Assembly: GCA_965113315.1 (NCBI GenBank)
Contig: OZ220365.1
Length of the DNA stretch: 64,000 bases
From: Podarcis vaucheri
Taxonomy: Eukaryota
Strand: one strand, 5' to 3'
The notes under the pieces are model-generated. The model searched no databases, had not been told where the DNA came from, and worked only from the letters and a program-made list of their open reading frames with translations. This document shows, piece after piece, positions 1 through 12,740 of the stretch. Made by a program: the position numbers and the translations under genes. Position 1 is the first letter of the stretch. Every line of letters begins with the position of its first letter.

Positions 1-499
1 TTTGATCTAGCTAACTATATATAAAAAGGGACCTCAGCCTGTTTTATACAAACCAAATAAAGTTGCAGGGAGGGGAGTTGCCTATGGAAGATCTTCCTTA
101 GAAAACCTCATCCTGTTGCAAATGATACCCAGTCTGTGCTCGAGGGCTTGCTATGGATTAGAAACGCCACAGGGGGACAAGAACTGGAAGCCGATAAATA
201 GCATGTATGAAAAAGCCAATGCATCTGTGAAGATTGTTTGAGAGCTTAAGTGTATGTCTGAGAGCTGTTGTATAATGTAAATCTAATCACAGGTTTGCCT
301 TCTGTGGCCTTCTTATATTCTTTAGCTTCCAAAGACTCATGAGCTCATAGCATTGCACCTGGGGAAAAATGGATATTCAGACTAAGGCTACAATCCTATG
401 TACACTCCCCAGGTCTTAGTCACACTGAACTTTTGAAGGGTAATGAACAGAATTGCATTGCAAGAGAGTCAAATTCACCTCTGAAAGAGCATTGTAATA

Positions 500-688
500 C
501 AGTGGACCCTCGAGTTATGTACCACTCTGGATACGTAACTTTCGGGTTGCGAACATGGCAAACCAGGAAGTGTATACTTCCAGGTTTTGCCACGCACGCA
601 TGCGCAGAAGCGGCGCCTCCAGTTACGGACTTTTCAGGTTAAGTAAGGACCCCGGAACGAATTTTATTTGTATCCCGAGGGTCCACTG
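500..688. mobile_element. Tc1/mariner-pogo-type MITE
   Basis: Perfect 13-bp TIR CAGTGGACCCTCG...CGAGGGTCCACTG flanked by TA duplications (498-499, 689-690); internal hairpin. Confidence 0.88.
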
Positions 689-1310
689 TAGCTCATTCTC
701 ATGCCCGTTTGGATTGGCTACGATTTAAAAATGAACACGATATTTAAAACAATTACCCAACTGCCAATGACCTAACAGCTCGTGATCTTAACGTATTTAG
801 CTCTCATGTCATTTTTTAAAAAAAGAGATGGTGTGTGAGAGAGGGCTGCCTTCACCTTGGCAGCAGCAGAAACAGTTCTGAAGTGAGGGAATCAGACCCT
901 CATATGCCTAAGTGCCCCTTGGCCCCACCCTGGTGGAATAATCTGACTGTGGATGATCAGTCTCAATGTGTTGTTATCAATTTTCAGTTGGTTATGAATT
1001 CCATTTGTATGAATGTGGTTATTATTAGAAGTCACCTTTAAAAAAAAAATATGGTAGAAAGTGGCATATGCCTCAAATAAAATAAAAATAAGCCATGGTA
1101 TCTAGACCACAGCCTAACCTCATTATCGGAAAAAGCATGATTCTGGCATAGACCTAGTTTCCAGAAAAGTGATAGCACTGGATTATCCTTCAGCATAGCA
1201 TCCCTAATTTTAAAATGGCAAGGAATGATCTAGCCAAAGTAAAGACCTTTTGAGTTCTGTACTGTTTTCAAGGACAAAGGGTGAGTGAGAGAAGCATGTA
1301 CAACCTATTT

Positions 1311-1818
1311 TGGGGGAGGGCTATTGGGTTGTTGTTTTTATTTTGATTATGTATTTTATGGTTTTATATTTTGATTTTATTCTATGAACCGCCCTGAGAC
1401 CTCTAGGTATAAAGGTAAATACAGGACCCCTGACCATTAGGTCCAGTCGTGACCGACTCTGGGGTTGCGGCGCTCATCTCGCTTTACTGGCTGAGGGAGC
1501 CGGAGTACAGCTTCCAGGTCATGTGGCCAGCATGACTAAGCCACTTCTGGTGAACCAGAGCAGCGCACGGAAACGCCGTTTACCTTTCCGCCAGAGCAGT
1601 ACCTATTTATCTACTTGCACTTTGACGTGCTTTCAAACTGCTAGGTTGGCAGGAGCAGGGACTGAGCAATGGTAGCTCACCCCATTGCGGGGATTCAAAC
1701 CACTGACCTTCTGATCGGCAAGTCCTAGGCTCTGTGGTTTAACCCACAGCACCACCTGCATCCCCCTCAAGGTACAGGGCAGTATATAAACTCAATTAAC
1801 AACAACAACAACAACAAC
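1311..1818 (+). mobile_element. L2-like LINE 3' end, split by the Sauria SINE
   Basis: The flanks join to give tgaaccgccctgagacc...agggcagtatataaa plus an (AAC)n tail; homologous to the reverse complement of 29127-29290. Confidence 0.7.
1411..1764 (-). mobile_element. Sauria SINE, full length
   Basis: Reverse-strand homologue of 60659-61016; tRNA-like head, ACCTTT-type tail; imperfect 11-bp TSD cctctaggtat/cctcaaggtac. Confidence 0.9.
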
Positions 1819-1926
1819 TCCAACTGAAATCAATGGGACATGAATGTCTTCAACTGCCTGGGCCATGTCCACAATTAGTACATTCATTGCCTTTCCCACC
1901 ATCTGCTATGTTAAACCTGGCGTACA

Positions 1927-2055
1927 CCAACCTTTGTCAACCTGGTGCCTTCCACATTTTTTTACTACGACTCCCATCAGCCTCAGCCAGCACTGACTGG
2001 GGCTGATGGGTTATAATCCAAAATATCTGGAGGGCACGAGGTTGGTGAAGGCTGG
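1927..2055. mobile_element. Palindromic hAT-like MITE (degenerate)
   Basis: Fold-back structure; shares the ccctccagatgtttt-ggactac-ctcccatca core with 63319-63454. Confidence 0.7.
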
Positions 2056-4134
2056 TGAGACAAATCACCTTATAGCTTGCAGAAGCCAGCATTGTTGCAC
2101 AGGCCATACTGGGGCTTCTTTACAATGGCTCACACTTTTAAGTCAGGATAAATGTAATTGTTTCCAATGAACTGTTTGTGACCAGCCTATTATATGTGTT
2201 TGTCTTGCCTCCTTGGTTAAGCTATCTTGTTGCTATTTAATCACACCTTCTTATTTGGACAAAAAGTGGCCATGGTGCCCATTCACTCTTAGAGGGCAGA
2301 GGTTAACAGGAGGGAGGAGGAAACCAGAGAATAAATAGCTGCACAGATGCTAGGAGGTAGTGAGGGAGGAAAGATCTGTCAGAAAAAGACAATTATAAAA
2401 AGGCACTAGGCTGCTCTAAAATGGCAATGGCATTAGGATATGTGTGGTCCAGTTAACAGAGTCCAAGGCCAAACAACCAGGAACAGCTGAAATCTAAATT
2501 GTGAGCTTGACTCTTAATTTCCTTTCAGCCCAGTCCTAGTAATGTTTATGCAGATGGAAGTCCTGTGGAGCGCAATAGAGATTAGAGTTCCCTCTATCTC
2601 TGCTCACTTTCTGTCTTCTGCAATGAAGCAGCAATATTGCACAGAAGGAGGAATTAGATGGCAAACAAGTCTGAAGCCCATACAAAATGAAAATGGATGA
2701 TCAAGGGTTAAACGTTATTTACTGCATCTGAATCCTGGACCTGCCATGAATTGTCCTTTCATCCTTCCAGCACAGTGAGTGGATAATACCAGGGTTCAGC
2801 AGCAAATAATGGAAGGTTTAGACCTAATGTTAATAAAGCACTAAGAAAAGTCAACACATAGTTATGGTAGGTGGAAGTTGGTGACTAACAGGAGGATGTG
2901 TTTGTATTTGCCTGTATGTATGATTAAACACTATGTGTTTGTTTAGGCTATGTAACGATCAGGTAGCTGCAAGCAGTTTCCTGTGCTTATGAAATTTAGA
3001 ACCTGAAATTTAAGCAGGACTAAAACTGAAAGGTAAATTGCTCTTGTCTTTCAAAACCTGTTGTGTACCCTTTGATGCTCAGGTTCTAAAACCGTTACTT
3101 AAGTATATAGAAGTACTGTAATGCACTTAAGGAAAACCAAAAGAAAACAAGATCTCAATCTCCAGGAGGCAGGGAGAAGAGAGAAATCTGTCTCTTCGGT
3201 GTGTGAGAACTTCAAAAGCAATCGTGAAACCTCACAAGACTGCTGGCGATTTTCTTAAAAGTCTTTGTGGCCTCTCTAAAAGGGGTTTTCTGTTGATTCA
3301 TGTTGATCACGCCTGACAGCTAGCATTTCCGTTAATAATAATCATAAATAAACCAGACAAGGTCACCTGACCTGAAATGAGCATATCTACAGCACCATAT
3401 CCATTATAGCAGTGTGTGTCCATGACAGCAAATCAGGAAGGGTCCAGTGCTCTTGACACCATAGTTTAAAATAATAGGAAATGCCTTGGGTTCTTTGAGA
3501 TAGATATGTATATTTAAATCGCAATGGCAATCTTTTATACATGGAAAAGGATTAAGGGAAGGAGATCTGCCTTTAAGAGGGTAAAAAACTGAAGCAAGAC
3601 TATTCTTGTCCATAAATTAATGCTAGCAGATTTCCCCATTCCACTCCAGTTTGAGCCTGGCCCACTGCTGCAGTCATAATCTTATGTTTATGTCCTCATA
3701 AATCTATTGACATGTAAAAGATTGTGCTTCCATCCAATATAGAATTATGACTTTATTGCTGGGGGGTGGGAATTCAATGAGAAAACATGCTATAAAAAGT
3801 GGAAGGCTTTATTTATTGACAATTGTTTAATGAGGGAAAAAGATATTTGCATTGACTTTTTTCTTTTTTTTAAGGAATGACAAGGTGTTTAAATATGACC
3901 TGTTACTTCCAGGCTTATTTAGAAATGGGTACAATCCATTAAAAATGGTGTTCTGATAAAATAGATGCATCCAAGCTCAAAATTAATCTTTAACCCCTCC
4001 CTCTTCCATTACACATTCCCTGCTTTGCACGGTTTAGTAAAGGTGAGCTGCACACTTTGTGCCGAAGGTCAATGGATTCAAGATCTATCAGGGCAACAGG
4101 GCAAGTCATTCCCATCGAGTGTGTCTGAGTGCTG

Positions 4135-4235
4135 GAAGGGAGCTCAAGGGTCAAGCTGTCCCAACACCTGCATGATGCCAGGATTTTCTAGATCTAAACC
4201 ATCCCTGACAGATGCTTATTCAGCCTCTTCTGAAA
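4135..4235 (-). mobile_element. Old CR1 3' fragment
   Basis: Degenerate similarity to the CR1 end at 53402-53667 (aagg..tcaag...catccctgacagatg...agcctct). Confidence 0.45.
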
Positions 4236-5872
4236 AAGAGGTGGATCCTGTACTATAACAGGAGAAATGTAACTAAAGTGTGCCAAGGATCAAATATATA
4301 ACCAGAGTATGCCAGCCTTGTAACAGAGCAAGTCCCATCCCTTTCTTGAGGAAGGATTTGAGAACATGCTCAGAACAAACATGACTCTACCATCTTGGCG
4401 ATAGTAAACAAATCCTTTTTTGATAGGCCACATACCTTTTAGACCAGCCATGGCCAATAGAGTTCATTTGCAATTATAGGAAAGTAGGGCCTCCCATGAA
4501 GTGAGCTAGAACTGGAAAGTATATATTCCCCTCACCTATGAAGCCATTTCACAAGGTCAGGCAAAAATCAGCTCCATTTGATGTAGGTTAAAATTCTCCT
4601 TGCTACTCATCCTGCTATACTTTGGTCATTAATATGGGTGCTAGCTTTGTATTCTAGGATTGTCAGCACACTGAGAGCAAGGGGTAAAGGGTGGGATGGC
4701 TTCTGTCTTGTGTGATCCACTTTTGCTTCACTGATTAATGAATGGGTCTCAGCTGGCACATTTGAAGAATATTATTTTACACTCAAAGTGGCAGAAGAAT
4801 GTCTATGGCAAATGATGTTTGATTCATAATGCGCCTGAGCATTAGAAACACATATTCTGAACCTGTAATTACAAATTAAGGAGTAATTGCTGGATCAGCC
4901 TGAGGCCCATCTAGTTCATTATAAGAATCTAGGTGGTCTACAAGAAATTAACCAATAGTCCACTGCTGGAATGTGATCTCTCTTTTGCCTTGATGGATCA
5001 GTGGTCCAGAGGAAAAAGACTGGATGGCCTTTCCACCTATGCAGCCCTTCTAGTGGAACATCTACTTCATTTCTTGTCAATCCATCCATGGGTAATGCTG
5101 AAAGGTGGGATTGGATCACTAGCAAAACCCAACAAATAGCTGAGAAGAGTGTGTAGCCAATTGGGATCAGAGGGAAGGGAAAGAGTAAAGTTGAGTTTCA
5201 GTCTTTCCATTGAACAGGGACATGTAGCATATCTTCCCATGGCTGGGCTCCCAGCAACATCTAGAATGTCACATAACCCCCACTCCAGATCTTTGTAGTC
5301 AATACTATTGGAAGAGTCAGTATGGTATAATGGAGAGAGAGAGTTGGACATTTTCCATTATACTACAGAGGTGTTTCTATGACTTGGGACTAGAGCCATA
5401 GGTTGAATTCCTGCCATGGAAGTTTTGGGTGAACATAAGGTTGTTATGAAGATAAAATGACTCATCTCCCACATACTGTCCTAAGCTGTTTATCCCCTGA
5501 GGAAGAGGATAAACATGTGATAAATAAAACAAATAAGACAGTAGGTAAGAAAATGTCCTCTACAGAACCTGCTTTTCTCATTAAAACACATTCATTGGTA
5601 AGAACAAACAGGAAGAACGCATTCTAAAAAGGACACTGGGCTGGGTTGTTGACTATAAGGCAGAAATGACAAAAATAAAACAAAGCCCTAAGATAGGCTA
5701 GTGATGGAAATTGGAAATAGTTATGTCTTTTTGAGAATTATTCTTGATGGTAGTCTTGAAAGAGTAATATTCTCATGCTCTAGTTCAAGTGCTTTGAGTC
5801 TTTGCTTTGGGCACAGAACAGTAATTTCCATCTGTACAGGTGAAGCAAAGTCTAGACAATTGAAGAATGGAC

Positions 5873-6072
5873 NNNNNNNNNNNNNNNNNNNNNNNNNNNN
5901 NNNNNNNNNNNNNNNNNNNNNNNNNNNNNNNNNNNNNNNNNNNNNNNNNNNNNNNNNNNNNNNNNNNNNNNNNNNNNNNNNNNNNNNNNNNNNNNNNNNN
6001 NNNNNNNNNNNNNNNNNNNNNNNNNNNNNNNNNNNNNNNNNNNNNNNNNNNNNNNNNNNNNNNNNNNNNNNN
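5873..6072. other. Assembly gap (200 N)
   Basis: Run of exactly 200 N, typical of a fixed-size scaffolding gap. Confidence 0.99.
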
Positions 6073-6392
6073 GGCATAGTCACATATTTACTCACCTAAC
6101 AAAAAGCACAGAAATTCTCTGTTAATTTCCCCCAGCTGAACTTCCATGCCATGCAAGCAGTAAAGATGTTCTACAGTGTCACATATTATTCTAGCTCACA
6201 ATATGGGCACATGTCTTGGTCTCCCAGGGCCGTTCATCCTCTTCTGCCCAATTCCTCCTGAGGTAATCACCTTAAAATGCCTTAATTTCCAATGGAAAAG
6301 TTTTTTGCATTCCCCCCAATAAGGTAAGTAACTCTGAAAGCTACTCAGCAGGTCTCGGTGATATTTCTCAGAGTACAAGTCTAAGGACATAC

Positions 6393-9300
6393 CTGTATTC
6401 GAACGCTTCTTTGGATTTTTGAGACTTCGGCACCTCCCACTGAGGGAGCTGCTGTTCTCGCTCATAGAATCTTGTGCTGAGGAAGCACTTCCCGTTGCTT
6501 CACTGTCTCTCATCATGCTTTCATACCCGCTGCTTCCTCCACTGTGGTAGAACAAGGCTGTTTTCCCCATGGCAGGTGGGAGCTCCCCACTCAGGACACT
6601 GCTGTTGTCACTTCCGTGGCCACTGCTACAGCGGTGAGGCTTCCGAGGTGGAGTGATCTTGCTGTAAGGTGAAGGCAGCAGGTGAACAGTTGGCTTCTCT
6701 TCTCCGTGGACGGCACTGCGATCATCTGTGTCTGAGTTCCTACGCAACTGCAGCCCTCTGGTGCCAGTGCTTCCTTGCAGAAGTTCTGAGATCCTCCCAT
6801 TGACAGCTCTGAGGGGCAGTTTTGAGGAGAGCCCAGAGCCCCTGTTCCTGCTGAGAGACTGAGTAGACCAGGACATATTCTTTCCATTTGGAGGCAAGCC
6901 TGAACTCTGCCCCACAGACTGAGGGAGGGACTTGGTAGAGAAGCTAAGTGTTTTGGTGGTTGAGGCAGCCAGACTTCGAGCCTTAGGACTTGCCAAGAGG
7001 AGCTTGCTCACTGCAGAGATCTTTGATTGACTGGCCTTTGGTGAGGCCCCTGCAGACTGAGAAAGGCCTGAGTTTGTGGGTGAGGACATTGCACTGCGGT
7101 TGAAACTTCTCCCAGCTCTGGGCATTGTGGTGTCTTTCCCAGGACCCATCTTGGAGCTGACAGAGGACAGACTCTCTGCCCTTTCTAAAGACAGGCACTC
7201 ATAATGGCTCCCACTGGACCTTCCCAAGGAATTGGTTCTGCTGGCCAGCTGTTCAAGTTTGGCACTAAACAATTTACTGCTGCTATTGTTACCGCTCTCC
7301 ATACTGGAACCCTTTTGTTTCCCATTCAGCTCATCGGGAAAACTAGCCAGGAAAGGAGCTGGTTGGTTCAAAGGGCTGCTGGTGCTGCTACTGCAAGTGC
7401 TGTGCTGAGGGCTGGCCCTATTTTTCTGATCCAGGCTAGATTTCCTCACGGGAGGCAACGGCGGAGTTCCTTTTGGACGTGCGAGAACGCAGTGTTTGGG
7501 GGACGCAATCCTTCTTTCCAAGCTAGCTCTGGAAGTCTGGGACCCAACAGAACAGCTAATGGCACTGTTCTCCTCAATGTAATGATAGGAAACAGCATCC
7601 AATTCCTCCAGCTTGCTGGCCTTCTGAACGCCTCTTGTGAGGCTGCCATTTTTAAAGCTCTCCGTAGTGTGTGCTGGGCTGTGGGCTGTGGAACTGGGAA
7701 GTCCCATTTCACATCCATCTACAACCCTCTTCAGGTTTTCCGTTCCCGGGGAGCTGGAAGTCTCTCCGCTACTGCTGCTAAACCTGTCTACTGACTTCTG
7801 CTTCTTATTTTGTTGAGTGATGACTTCAGCCTTGGGGCCACAGCTTTCTTTTTTCACACTGTCTTCCCTCTTTAGCCAAGGATCATCAAATTTTATCTCT
7901 TTTCTTACACTGGATTCCTTCACCTCTTGAGGCTGGGGAACTTTTGCTGGTGACGACACTACAGATATGGTCTCAGGCAGCTCTTGTGCTTTAAAGGGAT
8001 TAACAGCAATACAGGGATACACAGTAATGTTGGTCTTCATTGGAATGAAACCTTCACAACTGCTTAGGCTTGTGGTGTTTGATATTGTGACCATAGTCTT
8101 TCCCAGGGCTGATATTTTACAACCTTTGATAGGTGACATTTTATTAATACTTTCATCGGTAACCTCTGGCAGTACAAATATTTCCTCGGTGACTGGCTTT
8201 TGCTTGTCATTTATACAAACCACACTGCTGTTCTGTACGCCTCTTGCCAGTTCAGGAATGGGCGCATCTGCCAGTGCTTCCCCATGCCCATAGCATGCTT
8301 GGGCTATGAAGCTGTGGCATGACTGTTCGCCATCACTTCCGGTGCTCATTTCGCTCAACCACGAGCTGATAGAGGAACGTCTGCTTTCAGCCTCTTCAGC
8401 TTTGTGATCCAGTCCCATTTTTGGAAGAGGCATAAACTGGGTGATACTGACCTCAGACACAGGAGCTGTACTGGCATAGCATTCAAGATCTTCACTGATG
8501 CTGCTGATAATGCTAACCGGCCTAGACCCGGAGGCCAGAGCTTGCACAGAACAATCACTGTTAAAGCTGATGATACTTGTTGGACGTCCGTTCTCCAGAA
8601 CCCCACTAATGGTCAGTTCTTCAACCAGGGTGAATACCAGCTCATCTTCTCCATTCAGCTCTAAGGGCTGCTGCACCGTGACCATGGTGGTGCTCAAAAT
8701 CTCCTTCTTCGACTCAGGAGAAAGAGGTGGCTCTTGCTGTTGCTCCTGCTGCTCTTCATTGTCAATGGGCTCCCCATAATCAGCACTGCTGGAAGACACA
8801 GACTTTTTCATGAGCTGTGGGCTCATGCCAATGGGAGGAGTGCGGATCTCTGGCTGCATCAGAGACTCACTGGACACCATCCCGGAGTCCTTGCTTAAGG
8901 ATGACGGTGGTGGTGCAGGGTTGGGCAGCACCCCTTTCTGGGTGTAAACCTTGCACCTCTGAGAAGGAGAAGTGGGCGGCTTGTACTCAGATGTCTTGGA
9001 AAGGCTTGCAATGCCAAGCCGTGGGGAACCCATGGGCCGGGGCTTGCTTTCTACAAAGCCGCAAGTGTTCAGGCTTTCTCGGCTGCTCTGCAGATCCGTG
9101 CTGTGGGATTGCTGGGAACAGTTTGTGTGGCTACTTGGACTGCCTGTAACACTCCTAGGTGATGGAGGGGTGGGTGCCTCATTAAGCACCCCGGTGTGAA
9201 CAGGGGAATGGCTTCCCTGAATTTTGTTGGCTGTTGCATTCAGGTTTTCCTTGAAATCTTTATCAGGTTCTTGGCAGCCTGCCAGGCCTTCTTCTGATGC

Positions 9301-9798
9301 ACTAGTGAGCTCTGCTGCTTGGCCTGACACAGGGCACTTAGTCACTTGATCGGAGCTGAACTGAACAGGCAGTTCTTCAAAAGGAAACGTGTCAGTCTCC
9401 TCACTGCCGTCAATGCAGTCTAACCTCTCCTGGAGTTCCGCAAATGTATTGCACTTCAAGCAGTCTCTCTCAGAAGTGCTGGGCGCTGTCTCACTCATGT
9501 CCTCCAGCTTGCCTTCAGTTTTGGTCTTCTGAAGGGCAGGAACTATGGGGACAAAATCGGGGGGACCTTCGTTGTCGGTCAGTTCCTTGTCCGAAAGGGC
9601 TGTGCCATTGGGGCCAACGTAAATGACGGTGTCGCATGACTGTTCGCTGCTAGAAGAATAATCTGGGTCACTTGACAAGTGAAGAATGGGGAAGTCTGGA
9701 TCAACAACGTTCCGAGAATGGAAGGGCCTCAGCTGGGTTGGCCTCCGCATCCTCCCTTCTTCACAAGAACTTTCTCCTCCTGAAGAGCTTGACGTGTA
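6393..9798 (-). CDS. KIF26B: KIF26B large coding exon (equiv. exon 12), Ser/Pro-rich tail [25 protein letters not shown]...KNPKKRSNT(G)
   Basis: ORF 6196..9750 extended upstream to ccaacag|TAC acceptor; ACAG|gtatgt donor; 3406 nt. Contains KIF26 blocks such as [37 protein letters not shown] and SSGYES. Confidence 0.96.
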
Positions 9799-12577
9799 CT
9801 GTTGGGTAGGAAGACAGGGGAAAGGTTAGCATTTCAAAGAACCCCCTTCCATGGAGCTGAAATCCACACCCCATGCTCTCATATAAGCCTTCATGTATGC
9901 AGAGGCTACTGCAAAGGCCACCGGGCATGGAGACTGCTTCATTCAACATGCAGTAGAGTGCTATGTGAAGCTGGTGGCTTCTGGCATCAGGGATAAAGCC
10001 GCCAAGTCCACGTGGCAGCTTGCTGTACAGAAATGGTTTAGCATTTCAAACAGCTCCATGTGCTTGGGTTTAAGCAGCTGTCATACTGCTCTATTTGTTC
10101 ATACAGGAGCAGTTGGTGGGGAGGGGACTTGCTTACTGGGAGGGAGAAGGGTGAGGCAGTGGGGAGCTGGGCACGGTGTGGATGCACCGACAGGAGGGGC
10201 AGATTGGCTCCGCAGGTGCGTCTGCACAGCACTGACCTCCCCAGGGCCTTGCCCTTCTCCTTACTGGGAAGCTGCAGTGACTCTGGACCACGGGTGCAAG
10301 CTGACTTCCATCCTCACTCACGGCTCCTCTGTTCATGCACACTGGGCTTTAGCAGAATCACAGAGAGTAAAATCAAGTTCTAAAGTGAAATGAAAACCAA
10401 TTCATTTCAAACACGTTACTTTTATAAGGTTCTCCTTCATTCCTTTGTTATGAGTTTTGTCAATATTATTCCCATTTTTCATATGAAAAATTGAGGTTGG
10501 ATAGTAGTGATCTGCCCAAGATAACATGGACCAACTCCTTATCATGGAGAGCTCCAACTCATGTGCTGTCAATAGTATGGTCTTCATGCCTGTTTATAAA
10601 TACCCTATACAGCCAGACAGCAATGTCACTTACTGGGGTATGCTGTTGTGCAATCATATTGAGGAAAAATGCCTGATGCTGCAAGTCTTCTGCTGAACTC
10701 AGTAAATTGCTCTACCAACTAAATATGTGTAAGATTGGGCTGCATGCCACTTTGATCCCAGGGTTCCTTCTGACAGTTGTTAAAACAAATTCATTAAAAA
10801 GCCTGCCATGGCATTCTTGCAATTATTTACTCTGAAATTCATTCACTGATCACAGTGGAGTTACTTTAGATGGATGACTGAAGTCTACAGCTAAAACCAA
10901 AGGCTAATGATGTTGAGCTGAAACATATAGTTGAAAGTGGATGAGCATTTAGTAAGCAACACCCATCACTTAATTAGGTGGCTGGGATAAGCACACTTGG
11001 AAGTGTATTTCGCTAGAATCAAGGGGGCTTACTTCTGTGATTACAGCGGTGGGGATGAAAGCAGAAAAGAAGGAATGAAAAAAAACAAACCATGCCTCCC
11101 ACGCCTTTCTTCCATTAACTATATAAAAGAAGGTTCACCTCTGCATTTCAGGATGCAAGGGAACACATTGATCCTCTAGTCCAGTTTCCAGCAACAAAAG
11201 CTCAAGTAATACTAACATTTCCTAGATTTTAATAATGCCAAATAGATGCGCTCAGTAACTTTCTGAAAGATCTCTAAGAAAGGATTCCACTACTTCTCTG
11301 TCCAAGTTATCATTTTTTTTTATAGTTAATATGTGTTTTCTGATACACTTTAACACAGTGGGACTTTCATTTTATTTCTTTATACATTTCATGAGCCTCC
11401 TTTCAAAGTGATTTCCACAAACTACTGAAGCCAATATCAAATGAAATAACAATTAAAACACTCCCAGCAATAAAATATAAGCAGCTAGCAGCATAATACA
11501 TGTTGGCACAGAAGGAAGTCCTATTGAGGTAAGTATTGGATTGCAGCCTTAAGCTGCAATAAAAGCTGATTGCTTGCTTAAGAGAAGGAAGTTTCCAAAA
11601 TTAAAAAGCCATTATCTGCTGGCAGAAATTGTCCAGAGTAGGAACAAGGCAAGTCTCCTTAGAGAGGCACTTCTACCAAGTCCTGATCCCACATGTCTAA
11701 CTTCAAAAAGAAGTAAAAAGTCTCAGTGACTGTGAAGGAACATACTCTCCATACTAAAGTCCTAGGCAACTAACTTTCACAGTTTTACTTAGTTGTTGCA
11801 AATGTTAATTAATGTTTAGTTTTATTTAGATAGTGGCTAGAAAAGAAGAGATATAAAATAACGTGTGCTGGATCAACCTTTTCTTGCTGTAAATACATGT
11901 TAGCTTCTGATTTTTATCAGAACTGAGCACTGGTATATGCAATCTTCTCTAAAAGAATTATATAGAATTCAGATCAGAACACCAAGCTTCTCAATTTTCA
12001 CTCTCAAGATAAAATATCATGCTTCAAATGCACTGGCTGAATTAGTACCACCCAGACCACATCAGCTAGTCTTCTTTTTTTTTTAAAAAAAAGTTTGTGT
12101 TCATTGTAAGGTTAATGAGGGAAATGCTATCAAAATTAACATTGGTGTCACACACTACAGCATGCTCTGTTGCAGAGATCTCTTCTGGGAAGAGATTGTT
12201 GTGCAGTGATATTTTGTAGAATCTGTTAATTGATCTCAGCTCACATTTAACAATCCTTAGGCTGCTAATGTGAATGATGTTAATAAATTATTCCAGCTTG
12301 ACTTTTAACCAGGATTCCATGCTACATAGACTTCAAGAAAGCAACATCGGAGTTTGAACTCTGCCATTTCTGTGCCTATTATAACCAATCATTCATCTAA
12401 CAATGAACATATGATTTCCCTCATGCACTCGGATGTGCTGCCATACCATCAGAAATTAAGAATATTGATTTTTGTTAGAAGCTGCACTTTCAAGGCCACT
12501 CCCATTTCTTTCGGATCCCTAGCTTGTCATACTCTTTCCAGAGCACAGCAACAAAAGAGTTTCCCCCTTGTCCTTAC

Positions 12578-12740
12578 CTTTGTTTTCTTTTTCTTCATTC
12601 TTAAAACCCTGGATGCAATCTGGATGGTGGAAAGTGTTTCAGCATAGTTCCCTGCAGCTGCCGAAATGTGAGCTATCATGGTAGTACGGCAGTTCATGTT
12701 CCCAAGGGACTCCCGGAGCAACATGGTCAGCTTGCTGTCT
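12578..12740 (-). CDS. KIF26B: KIF26B coding exon (equiv. exon 11): [54 protein letters not shown], end of motor domain
   Basis: ttttgcag|A acceptor, AAG|gtaagg donor; 163 nt, phase 2/0; SKLT-LL-ESLG kinesin motif. Confidence 0.96.

Noticed and set aside
5701-6099. ORFs containing X runs
   Set aside because: Artefacts of the N gap.
6474-9626. Multiple antisense and alternate-frame ORFs over the large exon
   Set aside because: Shadow ORFs of a GC-richer coding exon; no recognisable protein.
6196-9750. 1184-aa ORF as a stand-alone single-exon gene
   Set aside because: It is an internal KIF26B exon. The frame is open upstream to the acceptor at 9798, and the last about 65 codons (6196-6392) are intron read-through past a good gtatgt donor.
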